Source: Pedosphaera sp.
GTDB lineage: Bacteria > Verrucomicrobiota > Verrucomicrobiia > Limisphaerales > SIBH01
Direction: 5' to 3'
NCBI GenBank assembly: GCA_031414955.1
Contig: JANOQV010000230.1
Location: 1-64,000 of the forward strand
DNA length: 64,000 nucleotides
Shown here: positions 29,947 to 38,406 of the stretch, piece after piece
Layout of the letters: each line of letters opens with the position of its first letter
How positions within the stretch are numbered: the stretch's first letter is position 1
Made by a program: the position numbers and the translations under genes
The notes under the pieces: model-generated
Database searches by the model: none
Seen by the model: only the letters and a program-made list of their open reading frames with translations
Told to the model about the DNA's origin: nothing

Positions 29947-31001
29947 AGGAACAAATCCGCCAACGCGCCCGCACACTCGGGTTCGACGATTGCCGCATCA
30001 CCACGGCCAACCCTCCGGCGCACGCCGCAGGATTTCAGCGGTGGCTTGCAGATCAGCATCACGGCGAGATGGCGTGGCTGGAACGCAACGCGGCCAAACG
30101 AGTGGACCCGGAGCGTGTCCTGGCCGGGGCCAGGTCGGTGGTCACGCTGGCGGTTTCTTATGTCCAAGGTCCAACTCCGATAAATCGCGAGCGGGTGTCC
30201 AAGGTCCAAGGCCACGAGGCAGCCGGCGTCATCGCGCGCTACGCTCAGTTCTCTGATTATCACGACGTCCTCGATGAACGGCTCAAGGAACTCACCCAAT
30301 TCATCAACACACTGGGCGGCGTGGACGTTCGTTCTCTTTGGTACGTGGACACGGGGCCATTGTTGGAGCGTGATCTCGCCCAACGGGCCGGTCTTGGCTT
30401 CGTGGGCAAGCACACCAACCTCATCAGCCGCACGCTGGGCAACTGGATTTTCCTCGCCGAGATCATCACCACCCTGGAACTGGAGCCGGATGGGCCGGAG
30501 AAAAATCATTGCGGCAAGTGCGTGCGCTGTTTGGACGCCTGCCCCACGCAGGCCATCACCAGGCCGTTCCACCTCGATGCGCGGCGGTGCATCTCGTATC
30601 TCACGATCGAACTGAAGGGCGCGATCCCTGTCGAATTGCGTCCCCTCATCGGGGACCGGATTTACGGCTGCGATGACTGCCTGGCGGCGTGCCCCTGGAA
30701 CAGATTCGCGCGCGCGGGGGCGATGATGAGGCCACACACACGTGAAGATTTTTCCAAGCCGGATTTGGTCGAGTTGCTCGCGCTCAATGCGGCCGGCTTC
30801 AAGGCGAAGTTTGCCGGCACTCCGATGTTGCGGACCAAACGGCGCGGTCTTCTACGCAACGTGTGCGTGGCGCTGGGCAACGTCGGCCAGGAAAGCGCCT
30901 TGCCGGCCCTGGCCAAAGCAGCGCAAGACACGGAACCGTTGGTTCAGGAACACGCCACCTGGGCCATGGCACAGATCCGGGAACGCGCGCACCTCAAGTG
31001 A
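29943..31001 (+). CDS. queG: Epoxyqueuosine reductase
   Basis: HGEMAWL, ARYA...DYH, VDTGPLLER, CGKCVRCLDACPT, RCISYLTIE and YGCDDC..ACPWN. TTG start overlapping the aroK stop assumed. Confidence 0.93.
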   Translation: MKEQIRQRARTLGFDDCRITTANPPAHAAGFQRWLADQHHGEMAWLERNAAKRVDPERVLAGARSVVTLAVSYVQGPTPINRERVSKVQGHEAAGVIARYAQFSDYHDVLDERLKELTQFINTLGGVDVRSLWYVDTGPLLERDLAQRAGLGFVGKHTNLISRTLGNWIFLAEIITTLELEPDGPEKNHCGKCVRCLDACPTQAITRPFHLDARRCISYLTIELKGAIPVELRPLIGDRIYGCDDCLAACPWNRFARAGAMMRPHTREDFSKPDLVELLALNAAGFKAKFAGTPMLRTKRRGLLRNVCVALGNVGQESALPALAKAAQDTEPLVQEHATWAMAQIRERAHLK

Positions 31002-31019
31002 CGAAGCGGAACACGCCGT

Positions 31020-31367
<348 letters not shown>

Positions 31368-32774
31368 TTAGTCGTTATAGGCTTTCTCATCGTGCTCGGA
31401 AAGATCCAGGCCCAAGTCCTCCTGATCCGGATCTACGCGCAAGCCTATGGTCGCCTGGATGAGCTTGAGGATGAGAAAGGTCGCGAGGCCCGAGAGCGCG
31501 GCGGTGAAGAGAATGGCCTTGAGCTGGTTGAGCAGTTGCGCGGTGCCGCCCGCGAGCGAGACGACCTGGCCGTTCAACTGGAAGGTGGTGGCGATGGCCG
31601 GATTCACCGCCGCCGTGGCCAGCAGGCCGCACATCAGCATGCCCACCGTGCTGCCCACACCATGCACTCCGAAGACGTCGAGCGAATCGTCGTAACGGAG
31701 TTTGGATTTTAGTTTTGCCACCGCGAGATAGCACACGATGCCACCGAGAAGCCCAATGCACAGCGCGCCTGGAATGGAGACAAAACCCGAGGCGGGCGTA
31801 ATAGTGGCCAACCCCGCGACCATGCCTGAGGCCACCCCGAGCACGCTCGGCTTGCCGCGCAGCATCCACTCCGTGACACCCCAGCTCAACGCGCCACCCA
31901 CGGCGGAGAAGTGCGTGGCCGCAAACGCACTCGTGGCCAGCGTGCCCGCCGCCACCGCGCTCCCGGCATTAAAGCCAAACCAACCGACCCACAGGAGGCC
32001 CGTGCCAATGAGGGTGTAAACGACGTTGTGCGGGAAGACCGGCTCGCGCGGAAAGCCCATCCGCTTGCCCACCACCACGGCGCAGACCACGGCCGCCACG
32101 CCGGAGCTGATGTGTACGACCACGCCACCGGCAAAATCCAGCACGGGGATTTTGCCGCCGAGCGCCCAGTTGAAGTAGCCACCCTTGCCCCAAACCATGT
32201 GGGCGAGCGGGAAGTAAACGATCGTCACCCATAGGAACGTGAAGAGCACGAAGGCGCTGAACTTCATGCGCTCAGCGAACGCGCCGGTGATCAGGGCGGG
32301 CGTGATGATGGCAAACATCATCTGGAAAAGCATGAACGTCTGATGGGGAATGGTCGCAGCATAGTCGGGATTCGGAGCCAGCCCGACACCCTTGAGCAGG
32401 AAGTATTGCATCGGGTTGCCGAAGAAGGCGTTCCCCTCGCCGAAGGCCATGCTGTAGCCATAGACCATCCAGAGCAGGGAGATGAACGCCATGAGGAATA
32501 GGGTCTGCATCATCGTGGCCAGCACGTTCTTCTTCCGCACCAGGCCCCCGTAAAAGAGGATCAGACCCGGCGCGCTCATCATCAGCACCAGCGCGGCGCT
32601 GACCAGCATCCAGGCATTGTCGCCGGTATTCACACCGCTGGCGGCGGATTCGAGACGGGCCACGCGCTCCTCGACCGAGACGGGTTTAATTTCCGCCGCG
32701 GAACCAGGGAATACGGACAGCAACGGGATGAGCCAAACTACGGCCAACAAAACCAAGCGATGAAAGGAAGTCAT
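31368..32774 (-). CDS. amt: Ammonium transporter
   Basis: GDNAWML, FQMMFAIITPAL, DFAGGVVVH, WFGFNAGS, DDSLDVFGVHG and GLD.SEH.E.AY. Confidence 0.96.
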   Translation of the reverse strand: MTSFHRLVLLAVVWLIPLLSVFPGSAAEIKPVSVEERVARLESAASGVNTGDNAWMLVSAALVLMMSAPGLILFYGGLVRKKNVLATMMQTLFLMAFISLLWMVYGYSMAFGEGNAFFGNPMQYFLLKGVGLAPNPDYAATIPHQTFMLFQMMFAIITPALITGAFAERMKFSAFVLFTFLWVTIVYFPLAHMVWGKGGYFNWALGGKIPVLDFAGGVVVHISSGVAAVVCAVVVGKRMGFPREPVFPHNVVYTLIGTGLLWVGWFGFNAGSAVAAGTLATSAFAATHFSAVGGALSWGVTEWMLRGKPSVLGVASGMVAGLATITPASGFVSIPGALCIGLLGGIVCYLAVAKLKSKLRYDDSLDVFGVHGVGSTVGMLMCGLLATAAVNPAIATTFQLNGQVVSLAGGTAQLLNQLKAILFTAALSGLATFLILKLIQATIGLRVDPDQEDLGLDLSEHDEKAYND

Positions 32775-32855
32775 GCGTGCGGCTTTTAGACCAGAGGGCG
32801 GCCGCGGTGTCAATCGCGCGGCTGCCCCGGCCCGCGGGTCGAATGGGCGTCCTGG

Positions 32856-33881
32856 TCAGACCGAGACCACCGCTTTGATCACGCCTGTCTCGGGCCAGGT
32901 CCAGCTTGGGAAAACATCGATCATCTCGTCGAAGACTGCGTGATGCGTGATCCATGGTTTGGTGTCGATCTGCCCGTCCTCGATGAGCTTGATGATGCGG
33001 GTGAAGTCGGCGGGCAGCGCGTTACGACTGGCGCGGATGTCCAACTCGCGACGGTGCAACGCGGGCGCTTGCAGAAAACTGATCTCGCCCTGGGTGATTC
33101 CAACATAGACGAGCCGGCCTCGGAAGGCGCAATAGTTCAGCGCTTGAGCCATCGACTTGTTGTGGCCTGTGGCGTCCACGACCACATCGACGAGCTGGCC
33201 GTTGGTCAGTTCCGCCAGCCTCTTCAGCTCCTCGCCGTCGCCCTTGGTGAGAATCGTGTCCGGCACACCCAGCTTCTCGCGCACGAAGGCGAGACGCTGT
33301 TCGTTCATGTCCATGACAATGGTCTTCGCGCCGGAGAGACGCGCGAACTCGATGACCGACAAACCAATCGGCCCGGCACCGATGACCAGCACATGCTCGC
33401 TGGCCTTGGGCTCGCCGCGATTCACCGCGTGGCAGCCAATGGCGAGAGTCTCCACCAGGGCCAACTGCTCATACGACAGTTTGCCGGACACATGGAGTTT
33501 GCGCGCCGGGAGCACGATGCGTTCACACATCCCGCCGTCGCACATCACCCCGAGTGTCTGGTTCGTCTCGCAGCAATTGGTGTGGCCACGCCGGCACGAA
33601 TAGCAGTGGCCGCAGTTGAGGTACGGCTCGACGGAGCAGCGATCACCCGGCTTCACATTCGTGACCCCCGCGCCGACGGCGATCACTTCCACGCCAAGTT
33701 CATGGCCGGGAATGCGCGGATAGCTGAAGAACGGCATCTTGCCCAGGTAGCCGGAGATGTCCGTGCCGCAGATGCCGATGCGATGCACCCGCAACAGCGC
33801 TTCGCCCGCAGCGGGTGGCGCAGCCTCGGTGATTTCAAGGCGACGGAACTGTTTGGGTTGCTCAAGTCGGATGGCTTTCAT
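32856..33881 (-). CDS. Zinc-binding alcohol dehydrogenase (L-galactonate dehydrogenase YjjN/LgoD-like)
   Basis: GICGTD...PFFSYPRIPGHE, structural Zn C..C..C.......C, GAGPIG, DATG and SRNA. Confidence 0.9.
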   Translation of the reverse strand: MKAIRLEQPKQFRRLEITEAAPPAAGEALLRVHRIGICGTDISGYLGKMPFFSYPRIPGHELGVEVIAVGAGVTNVKPGDRCSVEPYLNCGHCYSCRRGHTNCCETNQTLGVMCDGGMCERIVLPARKLHVSGKLSYEQLALVETLAIGCHAVNRGEPKASEHVLVIGAGPIGLSVIEFARLSGAKTIVMDMNEQRLAFVREKLGVPDTILTKGDGEELKRLAELTNGQLVDVVVDATGHNKSMAQALNYCAFRGRLVYVGITQGEISFLQAPALHRRELDIRASRNALPADFTRIIKLIEDGQIDTKPWITHHAVFDEMIDVFPSWTWPETGVIKAVVSV

Positions 33882-33902
33882 GAATTAGACTCGTTTCACC
33901 GA

Positions 33903-35462
33903 TTACAGTTCAGGCTGGAGTTCCAGGCTCCATAGTTTTTCGCCATCACGATTCAGGTGTGTAACGGTGGCCACCTTGCTCTTCCCATCGATGCGCACGG
34001 TACTGAAATATTGCTCTTTGGAGTAGGGACCACTGGACCTGCTGCCTTTCGCGCGTGAAGCCCAACGAAGTTCCGGCCCGAAGGTGTTGTCCAGTCCGCC
34101 GGGCGCAAGGCTGATGGCGTGCAACGGGCCGCTGACAAACTCCCAGAAGCCGCGGAAGTCTTGGAACTGGGCCTGCGCCGGATCGTAGAAGAGCGACGCC
34201 GCGTAATGCACGTCTGCGGTCAGCCAAAATATGTTGCGAATCCCCTGCTCCTTGACGAAGCGAAGCAGACTGGCGATTTCCAATTCGCGCCCGAGCGCCG
34301 GGCCATTGCCATTCGCGCAGTTCTCGTAGGTGCTGGCACCCTCGGCATCCTTCCCGTCACCGACGATGATGCCGATGGGCATGTCGCTGCAAATGACCTT
34401 CCACACGGCCTGGCTGCGCTTCAGCGCGCCCTGGAGCCAGTCCATCTGCGCGCGGCCCATGTAATCCGTGTCGCGGCCCGCCGTCGCCTGGCGGTTGGCC
34501 GTGTTCGGTCCGCGATAGGTGCGTTGGTCGAGAAAGAACAATTCGCAGAGCGGCCCACGCGGAATGTTCCGGAAAATCTTCGCCTCGGAACCACCCCGGA
34601 CCGGCAAATAATCGAGGAACGCCTGCCGCGCCCGCGCCGCCAGCACGTTCACGTTTTTCTCCGTGTATCTCGAGTCGGCCAGAATCTTGCCGGGATACCA
34701 GTTGTTCAGCACTTCGTGATCGTCCCACTGCGAAAAGATGGGCACCTCGCCATTACAGCGACGGACATTGGCATCGAGCAGGTTGTAGCGGTAGTTGCCG
34801 CGGAATTCAGCGAGCGTCTCGGCGACTTTCGATTTCTCGGGCGTGGTGAGGTTCCTCCAAATGTTCCCGTCCGGCAGCTTCATCTCCGGCTCGATGGGAC
34901 CATCCGCGTAGATGTTGTCGCCGCTGTGGATGAAAAAATCGGGCCGGGCCAGGCGCATCGACTCGTAGGTCTTCAGTCCGCCAAACTCCTCGTTGATGCC
35001 GTAGCCCTGCCCGCAGGTGTCGCCCGAGAAGGCAAAGAACACATCGCGCTCGTCTCGCGACGCCGTGAGAAACTGACCCGGCACCGGCTCGCTCGCGCCC
35101 TGCTCATCCTCGAACCGAACGCGATAAAAGATTCTCTGCCCCGGCGGCAGTCCGGAGAGATCAAGCTTGGACGTGAAATCCCGCTCCGCTCCGGTCCAGG
35201 GAGCACGGACCAGCCGTGCGTTCCGCATCGACTCGGTCGTGGCCCACTCGACCAGCATCCTCGAGCGGCGATTGGACCGGCTCCAGATGACGGCGGAATC
35301 AAAACTGACGTCGCCGCTCTGCACGCCGTGAGTAACGATGGGGCGGTTCTCGATGATGGCGGGCGCGGAGAACGCACTCTGAATCCAAGGCGCGGAACAT
35401 GCGACCACAGCGCCCGTCTTGACGATTCCAGTGGTAAACTGGCGGCGATTGATCGGAGGCAT
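33903..35462 (-). CDS. phoD: Alkaline phosphatase D family protein (Tat signal)
   Basis: NRRQF signal; HGVQSGD, HSGDNIYAD, QWDDHEV.NNW and TADVHY. Confidence 0.92.
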   Translation of the reverse strand: MPPINRRQFTTGIVKTGAVVACSAPWIQSAFSAPAIIENRPIVTHGVQSGDVSFDSAVIWSRSNRRSRMLVEWATTESMRNARLVRAPWTGAERDFTSKLDLSGLPPGQRIFYRVRFEDEQGASEPVPGQFLTASRDERDVFFAFSGDTCGQGYGINEEFGGLKTYESMRLARPDFFIHSGDNIYADGPIEPEMKLPDGNIWRNLTTPEKSKVAETLAEFRGNYRYNLLDANVRRCNGEVPIFSQWDDHEVLNNWYPGKILADSRYTEKNVNVLAARARQAFLDYLPVRGGSEAKIFRNIPRGPLCELFFLDQRTYRGPNTANRQATAGRDTDYMGRAQMDWLQGALKRSQAVWKVICSDMPIGIIVGDGKDAEGASTYENCANGNGPALGRELEIASLLRFVKEQGIRNIFWLTADVHYAASLFYDPAQAQFQDFRGFWEFVSGPLHAISLAPGGLDNTFGPELRWASRAKGSRSSGPYSKEQYFSTVRIDGKSKVATVTHLNRDGEKLWSLELQPEL

Positions 35463-35463
35463 A

Positions 35464-36396
35464 TCAGTTGTTCTTCGCCAATCCCTCGGTGTGCCCGAGG
35501 TTCTTCACGGGACGAAAAATCTCCCGCACCTCGTCCAAGAGCTGCTCATCCATTGGCTCGGCCATCCACTTCGCCCACTTGCGGATGTTCTCGGGGTTGG
35601 CGCTGCCGGCGACGGTCGTGGCGATGTCCGGATTCGCGCAGGAAAACTGGAGGGCCAGCTTGGCGATGTCGTTGCCACGCTGGGCGCACAACTCAGCGGC
35701 GCGGCGCGCGGCCGCTTTTACTTCCGCCGGTTCCTTGAGCCACGCGGGCAGCGGCGCATTGGTGAGCAGGCGCGCGCTGAAGGGACCGGCGTTCATCGCG
35801 CCCACCCCGCGTTCCTTGAGCAGCGGCACCATCTCGTCGGCAAAGCGCGTGTTCTGGAGCGTGTTCTGATTGTAGCTCAAGGCCACGTCCACGTCGGTCT
35901 GGTCGAGAATGAACCGGAAAATTTTCATCGGATAGCCGCTGACGCCGACGAAACGGACCTTGCCCTGTTGCTGAATCTTCCGCAGCGCGGGAATGGTTTC
36001 ATCGACGATCTGCTGCATCTCCACGAACTCGATGTCGTGGCAGAGCACGATGTCGAGATGGTCGGTGCCGAGGCGATGCAGGCTCACGTCCACGCTCTCG
36101 GCCACCCGCTTGGCGGAGAAGTCGAAGTGCTGCAAATCGTAGCGGCCCAGTTTGGTGCAGAGCGTGTAGCTCGCGCGCGGCACCCCCTTAAGCGCCACGC
36201 CGAGCAGCACCTCGCTCATGCCCCGACCATAGAACGGCGAGGTGTCGATGAAGTTCAAACCGCTGTCGAGCGCCACGCGCACGGACTTGAGCACCTCCTC
36301 GAGCGTCACCTGGCGGAACTCCGCGCCCAGCGAGGACGCGCCAAAGCTGAGAATGGGGACTTGGAGGCCAGTTTTACCAAGAGAGCGGGTTTGCAT
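35464..36396 (-). CDS. Aldo/keto reductase (L-galactose/L-fucose dehydrogenase-like)
   Basis: LSFGASSLG, DTSPFYGRGMSE, TKLGRY, CHDIEF and VGVSGYP. Confidence 0.9.
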   Translation of the reverse strand: MQTRSLGKTGLQVPILSFGASSLGAEFRQVTLEEVLKSVRVALDSGLNFIDTSPFYGRGMSEVLLGVALKGVPRASYTLCTKLGRYDLQHFDFSAKRVAESVDVSLHRLGTDHLDIVLCHDIEFVEMQQIVDETIPALRKIQQQGKVRFVGVSGYPMKIFRFILDQTDVDVALSYNQNTLQNTRFADEMVPLLKERGVGAMNAGPFSARLLTNAPLPAWLKEPAEVKAAARRAAELCAQRGNDIAKLALQFSCANPDIATTVAGSANPENIRKWAKWMAEPMDEQLLDEVREIFRPVKNLGHTEGLAKNN

Positions 36397-36427
36397 TTCG
36401 AGTAATCAGTACGCAGTGGGTCAGTAA

Positions 36428-36829
36428 TCAAAGGGCCGATTTCTTGGCCACCCGCCGGGCGAAGTTTTCCACGCTGATGATGGCTCGCTTATGCAGGCCG
36501 CGGGCGATGACTTCGTGTTCATCACGCACTTCGAATTGAAAGTCCCACAGCTTTCCGTCGCCACCAATGACGCGGGTGATGATGATGACGTTCTTGCCCA
36601 ACGGCGTCGGGGCCAGGTGTTTGATCTCGATCTCGGCCCCGACCGTGCGCTCGTGGTCGTCGAGGAATGGGCCGAGGGATTCGCGTGCGGTTCGCTCGAT
36701 GAGCGCGACGAGGCGCGGCGTGCTCAACACCGCCGGCATCCCGCCGGTGGCAAAGTCGATGACGTGTTCCTGGGCGACGGCAAACTTCAGTTCGCCGGTG
36801 GTGCCGATTTTAGGGCGCGATTTCATCAA
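36428..36829 (-). CDS. Hot-dog thioesterase (fluoroacetyl-CoA thioesterase FlK-like)
   Basis: VLSTP.L...IE, TVG...I.HLAPTPLG and G.HKRAII. Confidence 0.85.
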   Translation of the reverse strand: MMKSRPKIGTTGELKFAVAQEHVIDFATGGMPAVLSTPRLVALIERTARESLGPFLDDHERTVGAEIEIKHLAPTPLGKNVIIITRVIGGDGKLWDFQFEVRDEHEVIARGLHKRAIISVENFARRVAKKSAL

Positions 36830-36832
36830 CGG

Positions 36833-37279
36833 CTAAGATGTTCTGCAACCGACCGAGAGCAGCACATTCGCCCACAACGCCTGATCCGCGGTCTGGATGG
36901 TCAGCACATGGTCAGAGGACTCGACGGCCTTGTAGAAGTCCCACTTCAGGATCGGTTCCAGCGCGACGCTCAGGCCACACTCCTGGAGGATTTGACGGTA
37001 ATCATTCCAGACCGGCGGCTCACCCAGCTTGGCATACGGATCATCCGCGGGAATGCCCATCGTGGACACCAGGTCGATGGGGATGGCCGAGAGGACCGCG
37101 CGCAGCGCCTGGGCACAAGTGATGACCCCCGGCGTCAGGTTCATGCACACGACCTTGGCATGGGGACCTTTCTTGGTCGAAGCCGGGTAGTTGCCATCGG
37201 CGATGAGTATCTTCGCGTGATGACCGGCCCGGCCCAGCACTTCGTTGATGCCAGGATGAATGAGTTGGTGTTTGAGCAC
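36833..37279 (-). CDS. RbsD/FucU family sugar mutarotase/pyranase
   Basis: MLK..LIHP...LGRAGH...ILIADGNYP, FY.A and T.D...WAN.LL..G. Confidence 0.88.
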   Translation of the reverse strand: MLKHQLIHPGINEVLGRAGHHAKILIADGNYPASTKKGPHAKVVCMNLTPGVITCAQALRAVLSAIPIDLVSTMGIPADDPYAKLGEPPVWNDYRQILQECGLSVALEPILKWDFYKAVESSDHVLTIQTADQALWANVLLSVGCRTS

Positions 37280-37306
37280 AGGTGTCAGCAGTTCGAGGTC
37301 GGTGGT

Positions 37307-38125
37307 TCAACGTGGAAAAAATTTACGAAAGCTCTCGATGGTCTGGCGCGCCGCCGACTCCTCGTCGGGGAGCGGCAGGACCTCGGCGGAAATGTAGCCG
37401 TCGTAACCAATGTCGCGCAGCGCCTGCGCCACGGGTTCCATGTCCAGATGCCCCCAGCCGATGGCCCGGCGGTTGGTGTCGGCGAAATGCACATGACCCA
37501 CTTTGTCGCCAACGATGCGCAAGGCCGCCGCCACGTCGCGCTCCTCGATGTTCATGTGGAACAAGTCGCAGAGCAGCTTCACGTTCTGGGTGTGGAACAT
37601 GCGGAGGAACGCCACCGAATCCTCGGCTGTGTTAAAGAGGTTCGTCTCGTAGCGGTTCAGAAATTCGTAGAGCAACGGCACCTTGTGCTTGGCCGCGCCA
37701 TCGCCGAGTTCGTTGAGCGCATCCGCCAGCCAGGACAGCACCTGCTGCCGCGAAACACCGCCCTCCCAGCGTCCCTGCATGGAGCCGACGATGACCGGAG
37801 CCTGGAACTGAGCCGCGAGGTCGATGAACCTTGCGATGTATTCGATGGCGCGACGGCGCACGCGGGCATCCGGATCGGTCAGCCGTAACTTGTGTTTCAC
37901 CCACCCGGCCCCGCTGCCCAAGGCGGACACGGAAAGCTTGTGCGCCGAGAGCACCGCCTGCACTTCCGCCACGTTCACCGTGCGCGCTTCCTGAAAAAAC
38001 AGCTCCACCGCATCGAAGCCATGCGCCGCCGCCCGCGCGCAGCCCGCCCCAAGATCCTCCCAATACACGAACGGCCCCCCGCGCAACTCCGGCACGAGCG
38101 AAATGGTAATGGCGGAACGAATCAT
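37307..38125 (-). CDS. Sugar phosphate isomerase/epimerase (IolO/psicose-epimerase-like TIM barrel)
   Basis: GFDAVE, E.LNRYETN, DLFHMNIEE, HVHFADTNR and GYISAE. Confidence 0.9.
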   Translation of the reverse strand: MIRSAITISLVPELRGGPFVYWEDLGAGCARAAAHGFDAVELFFQEARTVNVAEVQAVLSAHKLSVSALGSGAGWVKHKLRLTDPDARVRRRAIEYIARFIDLAAQFQAPVIVGSMQGRWEGGVSRQQVLSWLADALNELGDGAAKHKVPLLYEFLNRYETNLFNTAEDSVAFLRMFHTQNVKLLCDLFHMNIEERDVAAALRIVGDKVGHVHFADTNRRAIGWGHLDMEPVAQALRDIGYDGYISAEVLPLPDEESAARQTIESFRKFFPR

Positions 38126-38227
38126 CAGTGGCGCGAGGCTAAGACGAAGGGCCGGACAGTTCAAGGAGCGAGGCGGGGCGGGGTTCAACCGGGGTGCATC
38201 ATGAAGTTACCACCAAGATTGCGAGCA

Positions 38228-38334
38228 CGGGTAGGGCGTCGCTGTCCTCAGCGCGCCGTGAGGAGGCGGCCACAAAGTCCGGGCACTTTTTTAAGTCGCG
38301 GCCCGACGCGCTGGGGACAGCGCCGCCCTACCCG
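38228..38334. repeat. GTAG-type REP doublet (inverted pair)
   Basis: CGGGTAGGGCGTCGCTGTCCTCAGCGCG ... CGCGCTGGGGACAGCGCCGCCCTACCCG: imperfect inverted repeat carrying a GTAG tag, intergenic. Confidence 0.75.
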
Positions 38335-38406
38335 CGTCACCGCCCACGGCACGGTCAGGCCAGCTCGATGGCACTGGCCAGATGCGCCGGATGCCGCCGC
38401 ACCTTG

